Shown piece by piece: positions 24,314 through 31,690 of a stretch of DNA of 50,043 nt. Each line of letters begins with the position of its first letter. The first letter of the stretch is position 1. A program made the position numbers and the translations under genes. The notes beneath the pieces are model-generated. The model ran no database searches, was not told the origin of the DNA, and worked only from the letters and a program-made list of their open reading frames with translations. Source of the DNA: a virus. The DNA lies in the IMG/VR virus record IMGVR_UViG_3300031088_000004, one strand, 5' to 3'.

Positions 24314-24663
24314 CGAACTGTCTCCGGTGCTTGTTCATCGGTTTTGAGAGCAACACGCTTTTTAAGGTTATTCTTCATTTCATTGGCTACACTTAGAATA
24401 TGGTTTCCAGACATAGTCAAAAATTCAGCTTTTAAAACAGTTTTTAAGTCTTCGTTTTGTTCCGCTATATTCAGAATCAAGTTCGCAAGTTCCACTGGAC
24501 TCATGCCGTCAACACCTTCAATCTCCACTTCTGTGTCGCCTTCTTCGGTTTGGTTTCGAGTGATGAGAACATAACTTTCTGCTCGTAATGTTTTCTTTTC
24601 TTGTCCAGCTGCAGATACTTCAATAATTGTCTTTTCATTTTCTTGTTCTTGGATTTTTGTCAT
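24310..24663 (-). CDS. Hypothetical acidic early protein (117 aa)
   Basis: First gene after the 375-bp control region. RBS GAGGAG. Confidence 0.65.
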   Translation of the reverse strand: MTKIQEQENEKTIIEVSAAGQEKKTLRAESYVLITRNQTEEGDTEVEIEGVDGMSPVELANLILNIAEQNEDLKTVLKAEFLTMSGNHILSVANEMKNNLKKRVALKTDEQAPETVR

Positions 24664-24687
24664 CTTTCGTTCATCTCCTCATGTGTT

Positions 24688-24726
24688 CTGTATTTGAAGT
24701 ACAGTTTTTTGTGTATTTAAAATACA
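24688..24726. promoter_or_regulatory. Two TGTA-N7-TACA operator-like palindromes 23 bp apart
   Basis: cTGTATTTGAAGTACAg (24688-704) and TGTATTTAAAATACA (24712-726, perfect). Confidence 0.5.
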
Positions 24727-24927
24727 AATAATAAAAAAATTCTCCATTAGATGAATCTTTTTATTTAGTTGCCCCGTATTAGTGAACAGCAACAAGAAAA
24801 ACTCCAATTTTTTGGACTTTCGGAAAAATCACATATAAGCTAAAAACCGCTTAATACCATGCTTAAATCAACCTGTTAATCGTTTAATAGATGGGTTGTT
24901 TTTTTAAAATTGTATATCTGGTCTCGG

Positions 24928-24966
24928 AGCGAGTTACGCAATCGTATTCCAGCGAGTAAACTCGCT
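24928..24966. promoter_or_regulatory. Three AGCGAGT half-sites (one direct plus one perfect palindrome AGCGAGT-AA-ACTCGCT)
   Basis: 24928-34, 24951-57 and 24960-66. Confidence 0.4.
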
Positions 24967-24972
24967 AAAATA

Positions 24973-25002
24973 TTGACTATAGATGATTTTTACACCTATC
25001 AT
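24973..25002 (+). promoter_or_regulatory. Candidate sigma-A promoter TTGACT-18-TATCAT, reading antisense into the XRE gene and toward int
   Basis: Hexamers at 24973-78 and 24997-25002. Confidence 0.4.
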
Positions 25003-25038
25003 TTCTTCTCTATCGCCTTGCTTAAATGATACAATTTT

Positions 25039-25311
25039 TTAGACACCATCTTGTGGCGATTTAAAAACTTTCTTCTTTATCTTAACAGTTTTTTTAGCTG
25101 GATAAAGCACATCGCTTTCATCAAAAAATAATAGATGTGGTGTTGTCTTAAATAGAGTAGCGATTTTCTGCATATCGTTTCTGTTCGGAGAAGAAGTATT
25201 GTTATTCCAGTTATGGATTGTTGATTTTGATTTTCCGATTGCTTGCGCTAATTCATTGATTGTCATACCATGCTCATTACGAATTCGTTCTAATTTATCT
25301 TGCCATATCAT
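25039..25311 (-). CDS. XRE-family HTH regulator (90 aa; candidate repressor or Cro)
   Basis: HGMTINELAQAIGKSKSTIHNWNNN. Divergent from the integrase. Confidence 0.8.
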   Translation of the reverse strand: MIWQDKLERIRNEHGMTINELAQAIGKSKSTIHNWNNNTSSPNRNDMQKIATLFKTTPHLLFFDESDVLYPAKKTVKIKKKVFKSPQDGV

Positions 25312-25390
25312 AGCGTAATAATCACCGCCCTTATTCCAAACGCCACAAACGTTAATACTTACCGATTACTTATTTAAGTTTATATGTCGC

Positions 25391-25396
25391 ATTATA
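25391..25396 (-). promoter_or_regulatory. -10 box TATAAT (preceded by TG) for the XRE gene
   Basis: Minus strand reads GGACACTGTATAATG. The -35 is weak. Confidence 0.4.
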
Positions 25397-25445
25397 CAGT
25401 GTCCACAAATAAAGAGAATCTCTCCGAGACCCGCCCTCTAATTTC

Positions 25446-25475
25446 TTGGAGACCATTTGAATGGTTTTATATAAT
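25446..25475 (+). promoter_or_regulatory. Integrase promoter TTGGAG-18-TATAAT with the palindrome ACCATT-TG-AATGGT in the spacer
   Basis: -10 at 25470-75; palindrome at 25452-65. Confidence 0.5.
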
Positions 25476-25498
25476 CCTATGACGAGGTGAAAACAAAA

Positions 25499-27040
25499 AT
25501 GAGTAATAGTAAAACGTCGGTCGCCTTGAACGTGGCGATCTACCTTAGAAAAAGTAGAACAGATATAGAAGAAGAAAGAAAAGCTCGAGAAGCTGGTGAA
25601 ACGTATGACACACTCAGCCGGCACCGGAAACAACTTATGGATATTGCCCGTCGTGAAGGGTACCATGTCGTAGACATCTTTGAAGAAGTCGTGTCTGGTG
25701 AATTCCTCAGTGAACGTGAGCAAGCGACTGAGATGCTTCGTAAGGTCCAGCTAGGCTATTATGACGCGGTACTATGCGTCGACGTTGATCGTCTTAGTCG
25801 TGGTGGAAAACAGGATGAATACCGCATCGAAACAGCGTTTAAACAATCCGGTACCATTTTAATCACAACAGACGAAGTAATCGACTTCAGCGAAGAAAGC
25901 CAAGAGTTAAATAATGACCTTAAACTCATGCTGTCGCGGATTGATCATAAGAAGATCAAGAAACGCCTTCACGCAGGTCGCCTTCGTTCAACCAGTGAAG
26001 GGAAGGAAATGAGCACGAAACCCCCTTACGGTTATCATAAAGACGAAAATTTGAAACTCGTTATATTTGAACCAGAAGCGCGAATCGTCCGGAAAATTTA
26101 TCAATGGAGTCTCGAAGGAGTCGGCCGCGTTAAGATCGCGGAAAGGCTAACCGACATGGGCATCCCTTCACCATCGGGAAAGGGTGAGTGGGGACATGCT
26201 AGTGTGCGCCGAATCCTAAAGAGTCCGAAGTATAAAGGCGCCATGTTCTTCGGTAAAAATCAATCGATAAAATCCGAAGGCAGCGGCTATGTCAAAAAAG
26301 TTCGTCGTGACGAAAAGAAATATGTGTATAAAGAAGATGCGCATGAACCGATTATCTCCCGCGAAGATTGGGAAGCGGTTCAAGAAGGCATGCTAAATCG
26401 TAAAACGAACGTTAATCCAAATAAAACACTAATCAACCCTTTCGCATCCCTTATCAAGTGTAAAAAATGTGGTCATACTTTATTGGCCAACAATCCGAAA
26501 ACAAGACCAAGTATTTATTTATACTGCAGCACAAAAGACTGTGATACGAAAATGATTTCGACAGATAAAGTTGAAGCTGCTGTGCTTGATTATCTAAGAG
26601 ACACACTGGACCAACTGAACGTATCTGAAGATGGTCAAAACTATAATGAGCAATTAGAGAAAGAAACAATTATAGAGATTCAACGAATCGAACAAGAGAT
26701 CGAGGAAGACGCAGAGCGACGCGATAAACTTCACGATCTTATCGAAAACGGCACGTACGATAAAGCGACATTCCTGGATAGAATGCGTGTGATCACAGAA
26801 CGTCGGAAAAATTATGATCAACAATTGCATCGACTTCATAGACGCCTTGAACAGCTGCAAGATCAGACACAAGGTAAGAAAGACTTAAAACCACTTATAG
26901 AGAACGTCCTCGAAAAATATAAGCCAGAATTATCAGCTGGCGAAAAGAACGAACTTTTAAAGAGCGTGATCCATGTTATCCGATACCAGCGCGATCGCGA
27001 CTGGAAACATTTTAAATTAGACATCGAATTAAAATATTGA
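25499..27040 (+). CDS. int: Large serine recombinase (integrase)
   Basis: Has a resolvase catalytic domain (IYLRKSRTD, DRLSRGG), a recombinase domain (PPYGY...GIPSPSGK.EW), a zinc ribbon (CKKCGH...CSTKDC) and a C-terminal coiled coil. The ATG at 25499 lies 9 nt after GAGGTG. Confidence 0.92.
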   Translation: MSNSKTSVALNVAIYLRKSRTDIEEERKAREAGETYDTLSRHRKQLMDIARREGYHVVDIFEEVVSGEFLSEREQATEMLRKVQLGYYDAVLCVDVDRLSRGGKQDEYRIETAFKQSGTILITTDEVIDFSEESQELNNDLKLMLSRIDHKKIKKRLHAGRLRSTSEGKEMSTKPPYGYHKDENLKLVIFEPEARIVRKIYQWSLEGVGRVKIAERLTDMGIPSPSGKGEWGHASVRRILKSPKYKGAMFFGKNQSIKSEGSGYVKKVRRDEKKYVYKEDAHEPIISREDWEAVQEGMLNRKTNVNPNKTLINPFASLIKCKKCGHTLLANNPKTRPSIYLYCSTKDCDTKMISTDKVEAAVLDYLRDTLDQLNVSEDGQNYNEQLEKETIIEIQRIEQEIEEDAERRDKLHDLIENGTYDKATFLDRMRVITERRKNYDQQLHRLHRRLEQLQDQTQGKKDLKPLIENVLEKYKPELSAGEKNELLKSVIHVIRYQRDRDWKHFKLDIELKY

Positions 27041-27046
27041 TCCTCT

Positions 27047-27090
27047 CTCCTGTCCGCGATTCTGTAGACAGGAGATTTTTTGTCTTTTTT
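27047..27090 (+). terminator. Integrase terminator
   Basis: CTCCTGTC-N12-GACAGGAG followed by ATTTTTTGTCTTTTTT. Confidence 0.7.
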
Positions 27091-27434
27091 AGCTTCTGTC
27101 CCCTCCAAAAACCGTTTTAACCGTACACAGGATGAACCGCGATGTTCATATCGAGACCAAACCACCGTACATTTTTTTGCAAAAAAGATGCCCAAGCTGG
27201 ACATCTCATTCAGTAAATTCGTTTTTCCGAACGAAAATACTTTTCGTAGACAAACTGTTTACTCTGTGAATTAAATTACCATTTTGCTTTCGTGGCTTCA
27301 TGATAACATGCGAACAAGTGTTTGCAAACTAGAAACTTTAAAATTTTAAGCGATAACAATTTTTTCATCGGTCCTATTTCATACCCCGGTGGGTGCTTCC
27401 AGATAAATTACTAACTTTAGAATTTTGTTGGAAA

Positions 27435-27478
27435 CAAAAAAGGACGCCTGTCTGCTTCAGGCGTCCTTTTATTTATTG
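27435..27478. terminator. Strong bidirectional rho-independent terminator
   Basis: 10-bp GC-rich stem AGGACGCCTG/CAGGCGTCCT, flanked by an A6 run and TTTTATTTATT. Confidence 0.8.
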
Positions 27479-27738
27479 AGTTGTCTTCATGCTCGTTACT
27501 AAAAATTTTTTCACCCTGTAGAGCTTCAGTTAAGGATCAAGCAATTTAAAGCGCTAGAAATTTGTACATAACAGGCTTAAAAAGCTGTATTCTCAACATT
27601 CAACTCCTTTCTGGTGCGTGAATTGTGGTTTTCATCGACTTGTTCGTGTTCTTTCGCTCTGCCCTCTAGCAAGTTATTCGATCACTGGTCAGCGACTATA
27701 TCCCCAATACCACTAGATGCTCGATCGAGCACCCTACA
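27435..27738 (-). ncRNA. Candidate ~300-nt transcript without a credible long ORF (ncRNA or 17-codon peptide mRNA)
   Basis: Bounded by the promoter at 27745-73 and the terminator at 27435-78. The only RBS-linked ORF is 27546-27599 (MLRIQLFKPVMYKFLAL). Confidence 0.3.
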
Positions 27739-27744
27739 AAAATT

Positions 27745-27773
27745 ATTGTACTTCCAATTTCCTACGTTTTCAA
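27745..27773 (-). promoter_or_regulatory. Near-consensus sigma-A promoter TTGAAA-17-TACAAT
   Basis: I derived the hexamers and the 17-nt spacer by hand from the reverse complement. It lies 35 nt downstream of the endolysin stop. Confidence 0.55.
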
Positions 27774-27807
27774 TCAATTTTTTGGTATTTTCGTAAGAAA
27801 ATTAATT

Positions 27808-28737
27808 TTAGAACAACATGCTCCATGTCTCTGGACCTACTCGACCGTCAATTTCCAACTTCTTTCGTTTCTGATAGGCTTTGACGGCTGCCGTTGTCGC
27901 TGCATCGAATTTCCCTGTCGGATCCACCTTAACCGCGCGCTGGATGCGTTCAATGTCTTTTTTGTTCATGCCCTCTGCTTTTGCGTGATAGACCTTACCC
28001 GGATAAGGAACAAGGTCCTTCGATTTGCTTGCAGCTGGTTTCGGTTTTGAAGCGGCTTTCGGTTTGACGACTTTGAGCACGTCCCCCGGATAGATAACTG
28101 TATTCTTCAGACCATTCCACTTCATCAGATCCGCAACAAGGACTTTGTGTTGTTCTGAAATCTCACTCAATGTATCGCCTTTCTTCACCTTGTATGTTGC
28201 CGCCTTTTCGGTATCTTTAGGGATTGTTACCGGATTGTTGGCATCTTTTGAACTTGTAGGTGGTTTGGCTCCTGCCCGTAGCTGAGTTGTTGTTAATCCG
28301 AACGTATACTCGAGGTGAGGAGCGTCCGGGAATCCGCGCCAGTCACCGCCCCATGCGAATCCAAGGCTTTTGGCGATTGCGACGACTTCCGCCCAGTCCG
28401 CTTTTCCATCGCGATCATAGTCGACTTTCTGGTCCCATACGACTTGCTGTCCACTTGGTGTGTACAGCGCGAAGTCGATGGCGAGTCCAAAGTTATGATT
28501 GGAATAGCCACCCGGTGCGTTCGTAACGATCTTCTCCTTGTTTCCATAGCGTCCTTTCGCATACAAGGCATCCTGTTCAGCAATCGAACGATAACCTTGT
28601 GTGATGCATACAGGGACACCAGCTGCATGAGCGCGTTTGACAAGTTCTTTCCCCATGCTGGCGACGATCGGGTTCATACCTTTCACGTTTAAGCGGACGT
28701 TCGACTTCTCTTGCAATGTTTTTAAGTCCATGATCAA
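27808..28737 (-). CDS. Endolysin: M15 (VanY / L-Ala-D-Glu peptidase-like) + LysM + PG_binding_1
   Basis: GYRSIAEQDALY...SNHNFGLAIDF...GGDWRGFPDAPH; a LysM segment YKVKKGDTLSEIS; and a C-terminal AVKAYQKRKKLEIDGRVGPETW. Confidence 0.9.
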   Translation of the reverse strand: MIMDLKTLQEKSNVRLNVKGMNPIVASMGKELVKRAHAAGVPVCITQGYRSIAEQDALYAKGRYGNKEKIVTNAPGGYSNHNFGLAIDFALYTPSGQQVVWDQKVDYDRDGKADWAEVVAIAKSLGFAWGGDWRGFPDAPHLEYTFGLTTTQLRAGAKPPTSSKDANNPVTIPKDTEKAATYKVKKGDTLSEISEQHKVLVADLMKWNGLKNTVIYPGDVLKVVKPKAASKPKPAASKSKDLVPYPGKVYHAKAEGMNKKDIERIQRAVKVDPTGKFDAATTAAVKAYQKRKKLEIDGRVGPETWSMLF

Positions 28738-28753
28738 TGTTCCTCCTGTGCGG

Positions 28754-29311
28754 TCATTCCGCTAGTTTTTTGTTTTCCACGACTTCTTCGACGATGTCGA
28801 CTTCTTGGGAAATCGGTTCTGTCTGTTCACCCGGCTTTGCCAGCTTTTTTGCTGCCTTATCAATTGGACTAAGTGCTGTGTTGTCTTTTAGTTGAGCGAA
28901 GAACTCGACGAATTTCGGAGGGAATTTAATCCCTAGAATAGCTGCGTTTTCAATCGTGCTGACGGACTCGCGCCAGATGTAATAATAGATCGCCATGTTC
29001 CGGAAAACTGGTGCGCCATTATTGACCGCGTCATCTGCAAGAACACAGAGATAGAGGACACCAATCGTTCCCGCTTTTCGAAGTCCGCCCCAGAACATGA
29101 CATCCGAATTGATCTGCTTCTTTCGAACGGCAGCGGAAAATCCTGTCACATAGTCAAACATCATGAGATAGATCAAGAACTTCAGCGCGGCATCCCATCC
29201 TCCTAACTCGCCTGTGAGAATTTGAAATGACGTCGCTCCTAATGCAAAAATTCCGCCAAGAGCGCGAGACCCCATTTCCGATAAAGCATCAAAAAATTTC
29301 ATTACGTTCAT
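28754..29311 (-). CDS. Holin (phage_holin_4_1-like) with an acidic C-terminal tail
   Basis: FDYVTGFSAAVRKKQINSDVMFWGGLRKAG, several TM segments, and a position directly upstream of the endolysin. Confidence 0.8.
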   Translation of the reverse strand: MNVMKFFDALSEMGSRALGGIFALGATSFQILTGELGGWDAALKFLIYLMMFDYVTGFSAAVRKKQINSDVMFWGGLRKAGTIGVLYLCVLADDAVNNGAPVFRNMAIYYYIWRESVSTIENAAILGIKFPPKFVEFFAQLKDNTALSPIDKAAKKLAKPGEQTEPISQEVDIVEEVVENKKLAE

Positions 29312-29385
29312 CTCCTTATTCGATTTTTAAAGTCCTGAAACCCATGAAATGCACGCTCCTTTTCCAGTGGTAATCATCTATGGGC

Positions 29386-29415
29386 ATAAAAACAGAACGA
29401 CCTGAAAAAGGTCGT
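29386..29415 (-). terminator. Terminator between the tail-fibre genes and the lysis cassette
   Basis: ACGACCT-TTTTC-AGGTCGT followed by TCTGTTTTTAT on the minus strand. Confidence 0.6.
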
Positions 29416-29487
29416 CCTATTGGGATTTTCATAGTTTGTACATATGGTCGCGGAACGTTTAAAGCAATTATACACTATGCACTTAAG

Positions 29488-30324
29488 TCATTTCGAAAAA
29501 GATTTAGCATTTGCTCGCTTCCAAGATGCTTCAAGTGGATAAGAACGTGGCGTCTGGATCGGATCAGTCCCTCCGCCTCCTGTTGATCCCTCTAACATTT
29601 CAAGCGTATAGCCGTTTGCTCGTTGAACAATTCGCGTGCCAGTTCCGCCAATCGGTTCTATTCTTTCATCTGCTGCCCTTTTAAACTGTGCTGGACGCGT
29701 AAAAGATCCAACAAGCGCTTCTGGCGCTTCTACAACTTCGATAAGTGGAGCAAGTGCACCGGGAGCACCACCTGGATCAGTTCCAAATGTAAATAATACA
29801 TTTCCATTCGGTCCCTTATATTGCGCATAAGCAATTGTAAAGCCGCGCCCGTAATCATATGTGCCGGATGGTCCAGTATAGGTGCGTCCCACCCATAACG
29901 ATTGTTGTGGTGCGGTTCCGGGATATGGAGATGAAGGGAAATTGATTGTATGTACAACCACTCCATCAATCAGAATCGTAATTGTAGACCCGACACGTGT
30001 TATTTTAAGACGTTTCCATACTCCAATCGGAAGTTGGGGAGCTGAGGCAGATCCGGAAGTCCAATCAACAGCGTTAGTTCCGTATTCGTGACGATAATAT
30101 GGGCGTTGGTTGAGATTTAATTCAAGCGCCCATAAAATATTGCAGTTTGGATTTTCAGTGCCGTTTGGATCAAAGTCGGACAACGATATGATGGATCCTT
30201 GAGCTGTGCCGTTGTCGATTCTAAGAACAACCTCGACTTCGATGTTTCCTGTTTGATACCACGCGCTATTGCGTCCATAACTAAGTGAATCAGTGGCTTG
30301 TAACAGCGGATATAGAAACCCCAT
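29488..30324 (-). CDS. Distal tail / receptor-binding candidate with a ConA/LamG-like lectin fold
   Basis: Has GSIISLSD...WALELN...WKRLKITRVGSTITILIDGVVV, a jelly-roll pattern. It is the last structural gene. Confidence 0.55.
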   Translation of the reverse strand: MGFLYPLLQATDSLSYGRNSAWYQTGNIEVEVVLRIDNGTAQGSIISLSDFDPNGTENPNCNILWALELNLNQRPYYRHEYGTNAVDWTSGSASAPQLPIGVWKRLKITRVGSTITILIDGVVVHTINFPSSPYPGTAPQQSLWVGRTYTGPSGTYDYGRGFTIAYAQYKGPNGNVLFTFGTDPGGAPGALAPLIEVVEAPEALVGSFTRPAQFKRAADERIEPIGGTGTRIVQRANGYTLEMLEGSTGGGGTDPIQTPRSYPLEASWKRANAKSFSK

Positions 30325-30346
30325 CGGTTATGCTCCTTTCTTGATG

Positions 30347-31273
30347 TTAAGCAATTCGATAAACTACATAACCCGCTTGAAATCCGCCAGACATTGGGGT
30401 TTGCGGGCGCATTACTTCTAAGGTCATACCTTGATATTGAATAAGATCGCCATCTAATAAACCACCATCCGGCAAAAAGAACGATGATGGATGACGGAGC
30501 CGCATTCCACTGTTAGTATCAACTCCATATACATAGAGCAACATAAATAATCCATTTACATCTGGCGATTTACCGGGTGCGATACTACGTGCCTGAATCG
30601 TTTCGTAAGAACTTGCTGCATTGGGTGGCACTGGTGAAGGAATATTAAGAGGCGTATCTGCAACATGAAAGTTGGCATTTGAAGTTGCACCGTTTGTAGA
30701 ACCTGTAACGGTAGTGATTCCACTATTTTTTTCTTTCCCCAAAATATCTGGCAATCCAAAGAAAAGGTACCCGCCCGCTTCTGAATAAAAATTCGGCGTC
30801 CGAATTGCTAAAGACACGTTGTGAGCTGTAATACAAAAGCGAACATTCAATGGTGTATCAGCTGGATAAATTGTCGTGTTATACGTTCCGAATAGCGTCC
30901 ACTGAAAATTATTATTAGCGGGCGTTGTTGCCGCTGCCGAAAGGGGATACGTCCCCTTAGATGTTGTTCCAGACGTCCCTGCTGCACCCGGTGTATAGTC
31001 GAGCAAGGGAATAATATTCATTTGTCCTGAATAAGTGTTGTTATGTCTTTGACGAGTAGCGTAGCCGTTGATGGCAACATAAGTATCCATGTTGTCGCTT
31101 GCTCGTTTCCCTTTCATTACGAAAAAGCGACCTGTTGTACCATCAGCGACGGAAGTCGGTGGATTTGATCCAATTTGTTGCCATCCTGCTGCCTGCATTT
31201 TAGCGATCAACCAAAACTCTAAATCCTTTTTTAATACTGTTTCTTGCTGGTAGATATAATCTGTCACCGCCAT
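30347..31273 (-). CDS. Distal tail protein, unknown family (308 aa)
   Basis: The ATG at 31273 lies 6 nt after GGAGGGA. The N-terminal segment L..K.QAAGW resembles those of the 35071 and 36822 gene products. Confidence 0.6.
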   Translation of the reverse strand: MAVTDYIYQQETVLKKDLEFWLIAKMQAAGWQQIGSNPPTSVADGTTGRFFVMKGKRASDNMDTYVAINGYATRQRHNNTYSGQMNIIPLLDYTPGAAGTSGTTSKGTYPLSAAATTPANNNFQWTLFGTYNTTIYPADTPLNVRFCITAHNVSLAIRTPNFYSEAGGYLFFGLPDILGKEKNSGITTVTGSTNGATSNANFHVADTPLNIPSPVPPNAASSYETIQARSIAPGKSPDVNGLFMLLYVYGVDTNSGMRLRHPSSFFLPDGGLLDGDLIQYQGMTLEVMRPQTPMSGGFQAGYVVYRIA

Positions 31274-31274
31274 T

Positions 31275-31679
31275 TTAGTTCCCTCCACTCATTGGAATGA
31301 TTTTGATAGTGTAATGAACCGTTGTCGGTTCATTACCAGTGTTCGTAAAGAAGGCGTGAAGCCTTTGATTCCCGCTTTTGTCAGATGCAGGGACATTTAC
31401 AATGTCATAGACACCATGTATTCCTTCTAACTCAGTGCTCTTGTAATAACTCATTCCAGCGTTTTCCCGATCTTGGAGATCAATCGAAACGTAAACTGAT
31501 TTATCCGGATCCACGTAGACCGTTTTAACTTCATAACGATGCGCCCCGGCATCAATTGGAACATAGACTGTTCCGTTCGCCGGAACGTTAATGACACCCG
31601 TTAATTCGTTGAAAGTAAGCGAAAACCCGACCCCTCCACCCGAAGATAGCGGTCTGGAAAGTTCCATTCTCGTCCCCAT
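31275..31679 (-). CDS. Distal tail protein, unknown (134 aa)
   Basis: ATG after GAGGAGGGG (an alternative start lies at 31667). Confidence 0.55.
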   Translation of the reverse strand: MGTRMELSRPLSSGGGVGFSLTFNELTGVINVPANGTVYVPIDAGAHRYEVKTVYVDPDKSVYVSIDLQDRENAGMSYYKSTELEGIHGVYDIVNVPASDKSGNQRLHAFFTNTGNEPTTVHYTIKIIPMSGGN

Positions 31680-31690
31680 ACGTCCCCTCC

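Noticed and set aside
25370-25723. 117-aa minus-strand ORF overlapping the integrase start
   Set aside because: It overlaps the well-supported integrase N-terminus and its promoter. It has no RBS and an odd composition (FSSFSFFFYICSTF).
26863-27204. 113-aa minus-strand ORF across the int 3' end and terminator
   Set aside because: It is antisense to the conserved integrase coding sequence, runs through the int terminator hairpin, and has no RBS.
27080-27796. Plus-strand ORFs 27080-27274 (64 aa) and 27614-27796 (60 aa) in the att-proximal non-coding region
   Set aside because: They have no Shine-Dalgarno sequence, a GTG or weak start, and low-complexity products. The second is antisense to the promoter/terminator-defined transcript.
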